A DNA stretch of 64,000 bases, taken from the NCBI GenBank assembly GCA_030603395.1, contig JAUVXX010000002.1:15807-79806 (forward strand), read 5' to 3'. The DNA comes from a bacterium. GTDB taxonomy: Bacteria; Patescibacteriota; Minisyncoccia; Minisyncoccales; CG1-02-41-26. Position 1 is the stretch's first letter; every line of letters begins with the position of its first letter. The notes below the pieces were generated by a model. It saw nothing but the letters and a program-made list of their open reading frames with translations. It had not been told where the DNA came from and searched no databases. Below are positions 37,670-48,356 of the stretch, piece by piece. Position numbers and translations under genes: made by a program.

Positions 37670-38938
37670 TTATTTTCTTGGGATAATTTTGAAACCAAGA
37701 TATTTTTGTAAAACTTTTGGTACGTCAACCCTTCCGTCTTTTCTTTGATAGTTCTCTAAAATAGCAATGAGAATTCGGGGAGAAGCCAAGACAGTATTGT
37801 TTAAGGCATGGACAAATCTCTTTTCTCCCTTCTCCGTCTTATATCTTATGTTCAATCTTCTTGGTTGCCAATCAGTTAGGTTGGAATCGGAGTGGGTTTC
37901 ACCATAATTCTCACGGGAAGGCATCCAGGTTTCAATATCATACATTTTATACTTACCAGCCCCCATCTCACCGGTGGAAATTTGAACTACTCTGTAGGGT
38001 AATTTCAATTCTTCTAAAATCTCCTGGGAAATTTTTCTCATTTCTTCAAGCCAGTAATTTGACTCTTTGATATTGTCTTTACATAAAACTACCTGTTCGA
38101 CCTTCATAAACTCATGAATTCTATAAAGACCCTTGGTATCTTTTCCGTAACTGCCAATTTCTGAACGATAACATTGAGAAAACCCACAAATTTTTTGAGG
38201 TAAATCTTTTTCTTCCAGAATGGTATCTGAGAAATAAGCAAGTAGGGATGGCTCGGCAGTTCCTGCCAGGAAAACCGGCTCTTTGATTTCTTGTCCGTCA
38301 GCTAATCTGCCGGGATTGGCAATCTGATAAATATCTTCTTTACCGAAAGGAAAATGGCCCGACCCCCGGAGGACAAATTCTTTTATTATGGTAGGTGGAA
38401 GCATGGACACAAATCCCTTGTTGATTATCTTCAAAAGCGCATACCATAAAACAGCATAATGCAAGAGAACCGCCTCATTTTTCAAATAATAACCACGAAA
38501 ACCAGACACCTTGACTCCTTTCTCAACGTCAATTAAATCCAGGTCCTTACCAAGCTGAAGATGGTCTTTAATTTTGAAATCAAATTTGGGAATCTTACCC
38601 CACTGATGAACTTCTTTGTTGTATGATTCATCAGGACCCACCGGCGTGTCTTCGGAATAAACATTGGGGGTGAGCAGCATCAGTTCCTGATATTCTTTTC
38701 CTACTTCCACCAGCTCCCCTGAAAGAGTTTTAAATTTACCTTTGATTTCCCTTGCTTTCTCTAAATCTTCTCTGCCAAGTTTTTTCTGTTGAGCCCGAAG
38801 TTCCTCTGATTGTTTAATTAATTCTCTCCGCTTCTTGTCTAATTCAAGGAGATGATCTACGTCAAGACCAATATTCTTTGCCTTACAAATTTCTTTAACT
38901 TTCTCCGGATTTTGACGAATAAAATTAATGTCTAACAT
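37670..38938 (-). CDS. serS: Serine--tRNA ligase
   Basis: MLDINFIR, GTAEP, YRSEIGSYGKDTKGLYRIHEF, HALNNT. Confidence 0.97.
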   Translation of the reverse strand: MLDINFIRQNPEKVKEICKAKNIGLDVDHLLELDKKRRELIKQSEELRAQQKKLGREDLEKAREIKGKFKTLSGELVEVGKEYQELMLLTPNVYSEDTPVGPDESYNKEVHQWGKIPKFDFKIKDHLQLGKDLDLIDVEKGVKVSGFRGYYLKNEAVLLHYAVLWYALLKIINKGFVSMLPPTIIKEFVLRGSGHFPFGKEDIYQIANPGRLADGQEIKEPVFLAGTAEPSLLAYFSDTILEEKDLPQKICGFSQCYRSEIGSYGKDTKGLYRIHEFMKVEQVVLCKDNIKESNYWLEEMRKISQEILEELKLPYRVVQISTGEMGAGKYKMYDIETWMPSRENYGETHSDSNLTDWQPRRLNIRYKTEKGEKRFVHALNNTVLASPRILIAILENYQRKDGRVDVPKVLQKYLGFKIIPRK

Positions 38939-38939
38939 A

Positions 38940-40406
38940 TTACTCTTTTGGTCGCATGGTTGGGAATAAAATTACCTCTCTCAAGCTGTGAGAGTCGGTT
39001 AACAGTGCTGTCAACCTGTCAATGCCCAGACCGAAGCCGGCGGCTGGTGGCATACCATACTCTAAAGCAGTCAGAAAATCCTCATCCATTCTTTGAGCTT
39101 CTTCTAATCCTTTTTTGTATAATTTTTCTTGCTCCTCAAACCTTTTTCTTTGTTCAACTGGGTCATTTAACTCAGAAAAAACTTTTATTAATTCCCAACC
39201 AGCAGCAAATCCTTGAAAACAGGCTAATTTCTTTGGGTTTTTTTCAAAGGTTTTTGATAAAGGAAAGGCTCCGGTTGGATAATGAAGAACGAAGGTGGGC
39301 TGTTGAATTTTTGGCTGGCAGAGTTTTTTGAAAATTTTATCGGCAATTTGTGGTTTTTGAGCTCCCTTTTCCAGTTTAACTCCTAACTTTTTGGTTTCTC
39401 TAGCTAATCCTTCTTTGGAAAGGTCTTCTAGGTTCAATCCAGTTTCTTCCTGAAAGAGTTCAAAGAAATCAACTCTTTTCCAGGGTGATTTAAAGTCTAC
39501 CTTTTTTCCATTGTATCTTATTTCAAGCTTGCCAAAAATTTTCTTTAACAAAAACTCAAACATTTTCTCGGTGAATTTCATCATATCATTATGGTCAGCA
39601 TAGGCACAGTAGAATTCAAGCATAGTGAAGTCTGGATTGTGAGCTTTATCTATGCCTTCATTCCGGAAACACTTTCCAATTTCGTAAACTTTCTCAAAAC
39701 CACCAACCAGCAATTTCTTTAAATAAAGTTCAGTAGCAATTCTCAAATACAAATCTATATCAAGAGCATTTAAATGAGTTTTAAAGGGTCGGGCTTCGGC
39801 TCCTCCGTAAATCGGCTGTAAGATGGGGGTTTCAACCTCCAAAAATCCTTCTTGCTCCAAAAATTCTCTCAAGGTTTTTATAATCTGCGCTCTTCTTTCA
39901 AATTTTTCTCTTACCTTTTTATTAAACAGTAAGTCCAAATATCTTTTTCGGTATCTTTCTTCAATGTCTTGAAGTCCGTGCCATTTCTCTGGCAGAGGAA
40001 GCAAGGATTTTACCAGAAAGTTGAAATCGGAAACCTCAATTGTTTTCTCGCCAGTTTTTGTTTTCATTAAAGTTCCCTTGACTTCAAGAAAATCACCGAT
40101 GTCCACCAGTTCTTGGAAAAACTGATATCCCTTCTCCCCTACTTTGTTTTTTCGCAAAAGTGCCTGGATTTTGCCCGAACCATCTTCAATATCAAAAAAA
40201 GTAGCTCCGCCATGACCCCGAAGAGTCCTTATCCTTCCAACAACAACTACCTCTTGTTTTTTTCTAGCTAATCTGGAAAATTCCTCAAGAACCTCCCCTA
40301 TTTTATGGGTTCTCCTTGTCTTTTGAGGATAAGGGTTAAGTCCCGAATCCAGAATTCTCTTTAACTTTCTTAAGCGATTTTTCCTAATTTCCGGAAGATT
40401 AGCCAT
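38940..40406 (-). CDS. lysS: Lysine--tRNA ligase class II; start reassigned to ATG 40406
   Basis: LPEKWHGL, RYRKRYLDL, FRNEG, YGMPPAAGFGLGIDRL; TTGTTT-17-TACAAT ends 7 nt before ATG 40406. Confidence 0.96.
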   Translation of the reverse strand: MANLPEIRKNRLRKLKRILDSGLNPYPQKTRRTHKIGEVLEEFSRLARKKQEVVVVGRIRTLRGHGGATFFDIEDGSGKIQALLRKNKVGEKGYQFFQELVDIGDFLEVKGTLMKTKTGEKTIEVSDFNFLVKSLLPLPEKWHGLQDIEERYRKRYLDLLFNKKVREKFERRAQIIKTLREFLEQEGFLEVETPILQPIYGGAEARPFKTHLNALDIDLYLRIATELYLKKLLVGGFEKVYEIGKCFRNEGIDKAHNPDFTMLEFYCAYADHNDMMKFTEKMFEFLLKKIFGKLEIRYNGKKVDFKSPWKRVDFFELFQEETGLNLEDLSKEGLARETKKLGVKLEKGAQKPQIADKIFKKLCQPKIQQPTFVLHYPTGAFPLSKTFEKNPKKLACFQGFAAGWELIKVFSELNDPVEQRKRFEEQEKLYKKGLEEAQRMDEDFLTALEYGMPPAAGFGLGIDRLTALLTDSHSLREVILFPTMRPKE

Positions 40407-40479
40407 ATATTCCATTGTAATATTAAATCTCCAAAAAAACAATTAAAAAAATCTCCATAATCTTGGAGATAAAATTTAT

Positions 40480-40519
40480 ATGGGGAGACAGAAAACTTAT
40501 CGTTGCCCTGTCTCCCCAT
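40480..40519 (-). terminator. Hairpin downstream of the 40544-41014 ORF
   Basis: ATGGGGAGACAG...CTGTCTCCCCAT inverted repeat. Confidence 0.7.
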
Positions 40520-40543
40520 CTATACTATAAAAACTCGTGCTAT

Positions 40544-41014
40544 TTATATCTGCGCCTGTCCTTCTTTTAACCTCTTTTCAGTTTCAAGAAGAGCAAGCAT
40601 AACAACAGCGGAAATAACCATTTCTGCTATTGCTTCGTCTGTTTGACTCTTCGCCCCGGAAACCGCCACGCAAATTCCATCACGAACGGCTCCTCCGGCA
40701 TAAAGATACTCCCCTTTCTTTAACTGCCATGGCTTGGTCGCTACCACAATACTGGTATTCACGCCTTCACGCTCAACCACGCGCAGTTTTCTCTCGGCTA
40801 TCTCGCCAAAATCCTTTTCTTCGCCCCATGCCTCTTGCCATCCCATGGCTGGCCCGAAATAGAAACTGATTATCCCTTCCAATCCAGGTACTTTTACTCT
40901 CCCATCTACCCATTCAGGCCCCCAAATCATGTCCGACGCACTAAGAATTTCCTCGGCGGCGGGTTCAACAAGCTTTATGGCTCTTTCTACCAATTCTCTT
41001 GTCAAGATTCTCAT
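40544..41014 (-). CDS. Hypothetical protein, GlcG/HbpS (heme-binding)-like C-terminus
   Basis: IAERK, YAGGAVRDGICVAVSGAKSQTDEAIA resembles the GG...G.SG...D..IA motif. Confidence 0.6.
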   Translation of the reverse strand: MRILTRELVERAIKLVEPAAEEILSASDMIWGPEWVDGRVKVPGLEGIISFYFGPAMGWQEAWGEEKDFGEIAERKLRVVEREGVNTSIVVATKPWQLKKGEYLYAGGAVRDGICVAVSGAKSQTDEAIAEMVISAVVMLALLETEKRLKEGQAQI

Positions 41015-41159
41015 TTTCTCCCCCTTCCTTCATTTTGTTTTTTTGATTCTTTTCTTATCTACAACACCTATGAACTTTTAAAATAGCTAGATAATCCTAC
41101 TTCTTTTCTACTACTTTATATTTTACCCTATTATATAAAAAAGTCAAGTAACAGCCATC

Positions 41160-43160
41160 TTAGTTTTTGGGGCGGGAAGTAAAGTACCATTCCAGCACCT
41201 CCTTAGCGACTTTTTGGGCGGCGATTCTGGTACCCTCTACTTTTTCAATAACCAGAGTCAAAACAATTTCAGGTGATTGATAGGGAGCAAAAACTGTTAT
41301 CCAGTTATGGTAAATTTCTTTTTTAGGATAAATTTGAGCCGTCCCGGTTTTAGCAGCAGCAGTAACCGGCAAAGAACTTAAAGAAAAAGCGGAACCTCCA
41401 GGAGAACTCACTGCCTGCAGCATTCCCTCTCTAATAACCTCAAGGGATGCAGAGCTGATGAAATTCTCCCTTATTAGTTCCTCAGCCAGTACTTCTTTCT
41501 GGCTTCCGTCGGCCGCCAAAATTTCTTTGGCTATTTTTGGTTTAAAAATTTTGCCTCCATTGGCCAAGGCCTGAAAGGCAGTAGCCATTTGCAAGGGGGT
41601 AGCCAAAAAATAACCTTGGCCAATTGAAATATTATAAGTATCTCCCAAGTACCACTTTTGCTGCTCGGGTCCCTCAAAGTAATTTTCCTTCCAATCGGGG
41701 TCGGGAACCCTGCCCTCAACCTCTCCGGGTAAATCTACGCCGGTTCTCTCTCCTAAGCCGAACAGACGCAGATATTTTGCTATATTTTCAATTCCTAATC
41801 CTTCAAATTCTTTTGGCAAATTGGGATTAAAAAATTCACTGGCTGTTGACGGCGAAACATACCCCCCGCCAATCATGTAAAAGAAGGGGTTAACTGATTC
41901 GGCTATGGCTCTTCTGATATTGGTCCAGCCATGGAACATCCAATCAGGAAAACATTCGGGCTCTCCCGTATATTTATGCTCAAGACAAAGTTCCAAAGGA
42001 CAATAAAGTTGGGTTGATTCTGAAACTATGTTTTCTTCCAAGGCCGCCAGCCCTATCAAAGGTTTAATCATTGAGCCGGTTGGATAACGACCGCCAATGA
42101 CCCGATTAAGTTGAGGATTTCTTTCATCCTGATTGAGTTCTTGAAGTTCGTCTTGGGTAATCCCTCTGGCAAAAAGATTATTGTTAAAGGAAGGAAGGGA
42201 AACTAAAGCTAAAATTTCACCGTTTTGAGGGTTGATGGCGACCGCCGCCCCGATTTGAGCGTCAACCTCCTCAAAAACTTTCTCCAAACTCTCCACAATC
42301 TTTTTTTGTAAAGAAAAATCCAAACTTAAGACTAAACTGCTTCCCGACTGAGGACTCTCTTTTATTTTTCTTGAAATCTCCCTCCCCTGCACATCTCTTT
42401 CTATTTCAAGCACTCCTTTCCTTTCAGCTAAAACTTCCTCATACCATCTTTCCACCCCCTCCTTGCCCACATAATCCTCCATTTCATAAGCTTCTTTGAG
42501 CTCTCTAAGGTCTTTAGCAGAAATCTTACCCAGGTAGCCTAAAAGATGGCTTAAACTCTCTTCCTCTTCATATAATCTTTGGGTTCTCTTTTTTACTCTA
42601 ATTCCCGGTAAGTCGTCAATTTTTGTTTCAAGTAAAATTAAATCTCGATGAGAAAGATTTTCCCAAAGCATAATAAGGTCTTGGGAACTCTGGGTAATTT
42701 TTCTTTCCAAATTCTGAAGGTCTTCTCCTAAAATTTCAGCAACTTCCCTTAGAACCTCTTCCCTTGCTGACTGGTTTTGAGAGAGCTCGGATTTTTCAGC
42801 AAAAAGGTCAAACCTGACTTCATTAAAAACAAGTTGCTGCATATTTCTGTCATAAATCACCCCTCTCTCTGCCCGGATACTCAAGGTGATGAATTTATTT
42901 TTCAAAGCCAATGCCTGGTATTTTTGATGCTCCCTGAATTGTAAGTTGGAACTGAAAACCAGGAATGAAATCAAAAGAAAAACTCCCAAGAGAAAGAAAA
43001 TAAAAAAGGCTTTTTTTCTCAAGGGAAGCTCAATTTTTCTTTCTGAAACTTCGTCTTCTTTTTCTTGCTTTTTCAGGAGATCGTCTAAAAAAATTTCTTC
43101 AAATTCAAGCTCTCGATTTGAATTAACTTTTTTCTTTTTACCTTTGAAGGAAAATAGCAT
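41160..43160 (-). CDS. mrdA: Penicillin-binding protein 2
   Basis: AERGVIYDRN, SMIK, SVN, KTG motifs; follows mreCD. Confidence 0.94.
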   Translation of the reverse strand: MLFSFKGKKKKVNSNRELEFEEIFLDDLLKKQEKEDEVSERKIELPLRKKAFFIFFLLGVFLLISFLVFSSNLQFREHQKYQALALKNKFITLSIRAERGVIYDRNMQQLVFNEVRFDLFAEKSELSQNQSAREEVLREVAEILGEDLQNLERKITQSSQDLIMLWENLSHRDLILLETKIDDLPGIRVKKRTQRLYEEEESLSHLLGYLGKISAKDLRELKEAYEMEDYVGKEGVERWYEEVLAERKGVLEIERDVQGREISRKIKESPQSGSSLVLSLDFSLQKKIVESLEKVFEEVDAQIGAAVAINPQNGEILALVSLPSFNNNLFARGITQDELQELNQDERNPQLNRVIGGRYPTGSMIKPLIGLAALEENIVSESTQLYCPLELCLEHKYTGEPECFPDWMFHGWTNIRRAIAESVNPFFYMIGGGYVSPSTASEFFNPNLPKEFEGLGIENIAKYLRLFGLGERTGVDLPGEVEGRVPDPDWKENYFEGPEQQKWYLGDTYNISIGQGYFLATPLQMATAFQALANGGKIFKPKIAKEILAADGSQKEVLAEELIRENFISSASLEVIREGMLQAVSSPGGSAFSLSSLPVTAAAKTGTAQIYPKKEIYHNWITVFAPYQSPEIVLTLVIEKVEGTRIAAQKVAKEVLEWYFTSRPKN

Positions 43161-43647
43161 ACTTCTTGGTAAGAAATAAAACTAAAATAATTAAAAGAAA
43201 ACTTAGAAAAAATTCTGAGAAAAAAGAACTTAAATTAAAAGAGATGCCAAAACTTCTTTTAAAAAGGAGGAGTGAAACAAAATTTTCAAAAATCAAAAGG
43301 GTTTTATAAAAGCTAAAATAGATTAAGAAAAGGATGGAAAAACCTAAAATGTTTGATTCTTTAAAAACCCCTGAAATTTTTTGGGTCAAAAAAGAGCTTA
43401 AGGTCAAATTCAGGGTAAAAATACCAAAGGGAATTGATGAAAATAAATCTAAAATTGTTCCCCCTAAAAATCCAGACAGAATCTTCGGGTTCTCAGAAAC
43501 CGAATTTTTCTCAAAGAAAATCAAAAGAAAAACTGAAATTAAAATAAGGTTGCAGGTTCCTCCGAAAAGAGAAAAATGACTGAGAAAGCTTTCTTGAAAT
43601 ATGGCTAAGAAACAGAAAAGTAAAATTAAGACTAATATCTTGCGCAT
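43138..43647 (-). CDS. mreD: Rod shape-determining membrane protein MreD
   Basis: Hydrophobic ORF with G..LDLFS..PFG, between mreC and pbp2. Confidence 0.75.
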   Translation of the reverse strand: MRKILVLILLFCFLAIFQESFLSHFSLFGGTCNLILISVFLLIFFEKNSVSENPKILSGFLGGTILDLFSSIPFGIFTLNLTLSSFLTQKISGVFKESNILGFSILFLIYFSFYKTLLIFENFVSLLLFKRSFGISFNLSSFFSEFFLSFLLIILVLFLTKKYAIFLQR

Positions 43648-44441
43648 TAAAATTTTCTAATGATGAATAAAGTTCCGAAATCTAGTTCCGGGAAAAAAGG
43701 TTTTATTTCTCCAGTAAGGAACGGCTCAGCATCGCTTCTCTTGAAGGAGCTGACAATGCCCACCAAAAGACCCTGAGGAAAATCCCCTCCCAGGCGGGAA
43801 CTCATCACCACGTTTCCCTCTTTAATTTGGGCTTCCTTGGGAATAAATTGGAACCGAACCCTGAATTCTCCCTTTCCTTCAGCCAGCCCCAAAACTTTTT
43901 CATTCTCCATGAGAACCTCAACGTCAAAAGTAATGTCTCCGTTGGAAATCAAGATTACTTCAGAAAAATCATCAAAAACTTCCCCAACTTTGCCCAAGAG
44001 CACTCTCTCTGAAGTAATAACCGGCATCCCTTGAAGAATCCCATCTTCCCTCCCCTGGTTAATCAAAATAAAATCCCCTTCAGTAGCTCTGGAGATTACT
44101 TTGGCTAAACTTAAAGTAAAATCTTTTTCAAGTCCCAAATTTAAGACCTCTCTCAGTGTCTCGTTTTCTCCAGCAACCTCTCGGAGAGCAATAATCTGAT
44201 GCTGGAGTTCTAAATTTATTTTTTCAAGTTCCTGGTTCCTTTTTTTCAGGCTCTCTATTTCAAAAAGAGCTCCCAAACCAGAGGAAACTTTTTCCCCGGC
44301 TTCCCAAAAGGCCTCTCCGACAGGAGCTGAAAGTAGAAAAACGGTGTTTCTTATTTTCCCTATTCCTAATTTGTTCAGACCGAAAAATATCAAAAAGATT
44401 ATTAAAAGAATTAAAAGAGGTTTTGCTTTTCCAAGATTCAT
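43647..44441 (-). CDS. mreC: Rod shape-determining protein MreC
   Basis: Transmembrane helix, coiled coil ENETLREVL, INQGREDGI..GMPV, FPQGLLVG. Confidence 0.92.
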   Translation of the reverse strand: MNLGKAKPLLILLIIFLIFFGLNKLGIGKIRNTVFLLSAPVGEAFWEAGEKVSSGLGALFEIESLKKRNQELEKINLELQHQIIALREVAGENETLREVLNLGLEKDFTLSLAKVISRATEGDFILINQGREDGILQGMPVITSERVLLGKVGEVFDDFSEVILISNGDITFDVEVLMENEKVLGLAEGKGEFRVRFQFIPKEAQIKEGNVVMSSRLGGDFPQGLLVGIVSSFKRSDAEPFLTGEIKPFFPELDFGTLFIIRKF

Positions 44442-44557
44442 ATTATTTAATTATACCTCTAGAGAGAAATTTAACCAAAATAAGAACCTTGCCTTCGGCA
44501 AGAACCTTGATTTCGGTAAGGTAAAATAAATAATTCCGAAATTTAAAACCCTAGTAA

Positions 44558-44664
44558 CTGGCGGCGACCTACTTTCGCCCTAAAGGACTATCATCGGCCC
44601 TGGGGTATTTCACTTCCGTGTTCGGAATGGGAACGGGTGGGACAACCCCGGCATTACCGCCAAA
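44558..44664 (-). rRNA. rrf: 5S rRNA (compact; ends approximate)
   Basis: Reverse complement contains CACCCGTTCCCATTCCGAACACGGAAGTGAAA and GTAGGTCGCCGCCA; flanked by a processing stem. Confidence 0.93.
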
Positions 44665-44993
44665 TACTAAGGTTTTAACTATATGAAATATTGAAAATGA
44701 TGATGATTGATTACCGGCTAAGAAGTTTGATCGATTAGTATCCCTCAGCTCAAGGCGTTACCGCCCTTCCACTTGGGACCTATCAAGGTCGTCATCTTCG
44801 ACCGATCTCAACGAGTCCTAATCTTGAGGTGGGCTTCGCACTTAGATGCTTTCAGTGCTTATCCCGAACCAACTTAGCTACCCAGCAATGCTCCTGGTGG
44901 AACAGCTGGTAGACCAGAGGTTAACTCCGGAAGGTCCTCTCGTACTATTCCGGACTCCTCTCAAGACTCAGCGCCTGCGGTAGATAGGGACCA

Positions 44994-45028
<35 letters not shown>

Positions 45029-45659
45029 ACTTTTTAATTGGCGAACAGCCAAACCCTTGGGACCTTTTCCAGCCCCAGGATAAGTTGAGCCGACATCGAG
45101 GTGTCGAACAGGATCGTCGATGGGAACTCTCGGATCCTACTAACCTGTTATCCCCGGGGTAACTTTTATCTGATTATCTCCCCCAATTCTATGAATTGAG
45201 GTCGGTTCACTAAGTTCTGGTTTCCCAACTGCGCGACATATCCGTCTTGCAGTAAAGTCGGCTTTTCCCTTTGCGGTATCACTCCGATTTCCATCCGGAG
45301 TTAGCCGACCTTTAAACGCCTCCGTTACCTTTTAGGAGGCAAGCGCCCCACTTAAACTACCCATTAGACACTGTTTCCACCGATAAGGCAGATTAGAACC
45401 AAGATTTCAGAAGGGTGGTGTTTCATTGGTGACTCCGCCCCGACCGAAATCGGGACATCAACATCTCCCACCTACACTACGCATCCAAAGTCAAAGCTCA
45501 ATATCTAACTATAGTAAAGCTCCCGGGGTCTTTCCGTCTAGCCGCAGGTAAAGGGCATCTTCACCCCTATTGCATTTTCACCGGGCACCTGGTTGAGACA
45601 GTCCCCTAGTCGTGAAGCCTTTCATGCAGGCCGTAACTTACACGGCAAGGGATTACGCT

Positions 45660-45912
45660 CAATAATGTTAAATCCTTAATGGAATTCTCTTTGTCGCCAA
45701 AGAGCTCGGACCATATCTTCACCGTCTTAATTTGTAATTATTGACGGGTCCGGCGTATGGCCTCTGAGGATTCCGAGTACATAACTTTTTATGTGCTCGG
45801 TCTTTCCTGCTGATTGTCTGCACCGGACGCTTTTTTACTCTTATCAGAGTAGCGCCGGATACACCAGAGTTTCCAGCATATAGCCGGATTTTATTAAAGC
45901 AACGCGCTGATT
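45660..45912 (-). mobile_element. ORF-less group I intron at 23S position 1931 (E. coli numbering)
   Basis: Interrupts UUAAAGU|AGCGUAAU; P AUGCUGGAAA, Q AAUCAGCAGG, R UCAGAGGCCAUA, S AAGAUAUGGUC; internal guide GCUUUAA; terminal G. Confidence 0.92.
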
Positions 45913-47665
45913 ACTTTAACACGGTCAGAGTTACCGCGGACGTTCACTGGAAGCTTAACTCGGTTAGCCAGTCGATATATCGATATCGAGAGACCGCCAA
46001 GCTTGACACTCCAGTACTGGTCAGGCCTCAGCCCCTATACCTCCTATTACTAGTTAAGCAGGGACCTATGTTTTTGATAAACAGTCGCTAGGGGGACGTT
46101 TGTTGCAGCCCCTGAGCCCTTGCGGGCCGGGGCAGTCCTTATTGCGAACTTACGGACGCTTTTTTGCCGAGTTCCTTAACCAGGTTTCACCCGTTCACCT
46201 TGGCACTCTTACGCCAGCCTACCTGTGTCGGTTTACGGTACGGACCCTCCACCCTTTTAAATTTCTCCGAGGCTTTTCCAGGCAGAGTGCTCAACTGAGT
46301 TCATCCCGCCGAGGCGGGACTTCCCGCCAGCTCTTGGAAATCCTTAAGCTAGCGACGAAAATCCAATAATTCGCCCAGCCTACTACTCTGCGTCACCTCA
46401 TTGAAAAAGGTGAAAGGGGGCCGGAATATTAACCGGCTGTCCATCCCTCCCTACAACTTCTTGTAGGGGGTTAGGGCCGCCTAACCCTTGGCTGATGGTC
46501 ATTGCCAAGGAAACCTTAGGCTTTCGGTGGGCAGGACTTTCACCTGCCTTGTGGTTACTCATGCCAACATTCTCACTCCCTATCGCTCCACCCCAACGTT
46601 GCCGTGGGGCTTCAGTGCAATAGAGACGCTCCCCTACCACTCGACATATCGAAATATCGAAATATCGAATCCACATCTTCGGTACCGAGCTTGAGCCCCC
46701 TAAATCTTCGGCGCAGACCCTCTCAGGAAGTAAGCTGTTACGCACTTTTTAAAGGATAGCTGCTTCTAAGCTAACCTTCTCACTATTAAAGAGAATCCAC
46801 CTCCTTTAAACACTTAGCTCGAATTTTGGGACCTTAGATGGTGATCTGGGCTGTTTCCCTTTTGACTACGGAACTTAGCTTCCGCAGTCTGACTCCTCGT
46901 TTAAATTTTCCAGTATTCGGAGTTTAGTTGGAGTACCTGGATAAAATCCAAGGTATTCCATCTAGTGCTCTACCCCTGGAAAAGAATTTGACGAGGGCTA
47001 GCCCTAAAGCTATTTCGGGGAGAACCAGCTATTACCAAGCTCGTTTAGCTTTTTACTTCTTACCACAGTTCATCCCAGAGCGTTGAACGGCTCAAGGGTT
47101 CGGGCCTCCTCCGGCGTTTCCGCTGGATTCACCCTGACCATGGCAAGCTCGCTTGGCTTCGGGTCTCGAGCATATAGCCAAAAACGCGCTTTTAACGCTC
47201 GCTTTCGCTATGCTTTCGGGGCAAAACCCCTTAAACAAGCTATGTGCTCGAACTCGTTGGCTCGTTCTGCAAAAAGCACGCCGTCACCAAAACAGATAAC
47301 AAGTTATCTGCTTCGGCTCCGACTCTTTGTAAGCAAATGGTTTCAGGTTCTATTTCACCGCCCTCACCGGGCTACTTTTCACCTTTCCCTCACGGCACTA
47401 GTTCACTATAGGTGAGCGGGTAGTATTTAGCTTTAGCTGATAGTTCAGCCTGCTTCCCTCAGGGCTTTCATTTCCTGAGGTACTCAAGAAAGACAGCAAG
47501 GAGCATGAAGTCGTTTTCGTCTACGGGACTATCACCCTCTATGGTTGTCCTTTCCAGGACATTTAACTAACGAAACTTCACCAAAATGCTCTCCCTCAGT
47601 AAGTCCAGACCTTTCTGCAAAAACAGAAAGAGCTGGGCTCCCGACGCTATCCCCTTACAACCCCC

Positions 47666-47826
47666 ATCGCTCGCACCTCGCTATGCTCGGCACTCGCTCC
47701 AGTTTATAGTGTATAGTGTATAGTTTGTAGAAAATTGAAAACAAATTCTACTCACTACCAACTACTCACTACTCACTAATCACTACTCACTAAAGTTTGT
47801 GTCGAACGCAGTGAGGCACGAACGAT
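47666..47826 (-). repeat. About 160-nt hairpin insertion with heptamer repeats in 23S domain I
   Basis: (TAGTGTA)n and (CTACTCA)n arms enclosed by an imperfect GC-rich stem. Confidence 0.8.
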
Positions 47827-48263
47827 AGGTTTGAGCTTTTCCCTTTTCGCTCGCCGCTACTTGGGGAATAAACATTTTTGTCTTTTCCTCCGGGTACTGA
47901 GATGTTTCACTTTCCCGGGTTCGCTGCCCCGTCACTCGACAGGGCTGTTCGCGCTTATCACGCGAACGGGTTTCCCCATTCGGAAATCCCCGGATCAAAG
48001 GTTGCTAAGCACCTCCCCGAGGCTTATCGCAGCCACGCCACGTCCTTCATCGCCTCCCGCTCCCGAGGCATCCACCATCTGCTCATAATAATCTTAGCCG
48101 GTAATCAATGCATCATCATTTATTAATTTTTAAAGAACATCATTCATCTCTGGAATTTAAAAACTGCTTCTCAGAGAAGCAGCAAAAACCTATAAACTAA
48201 AACTATGGCTTTTAGCCGCTTCCTTCATATAATATCTTTCCAAAATTTCTCATACTGTTTGTA

Positions 48264-48291
48264 ATTTTAGCAAAATAAAAAGCTTTGTCAA
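48264..48291 (-). promoter_or_regulatory. Separate promoter for 23S-5S
   Basis: TTGACA-16-TAAAAT; boxA-like TGTTCTTTAAAA near 48128-48139. Confidence 0.7.
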
Positions 48292-48356
48292 CCCCCCACC
48301 ACTCTAAAAACGATTCCCAAAGTGACGGGGGGTTAATTTCTGCTTTTGAATTCTTA

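Noticed and set aside
47700..47795. CRISPR array
   Set aside because: The repeats are 7-nt tandem units without unique spacers; no repeat-spacer array or cas gene is seen anywhere in the window
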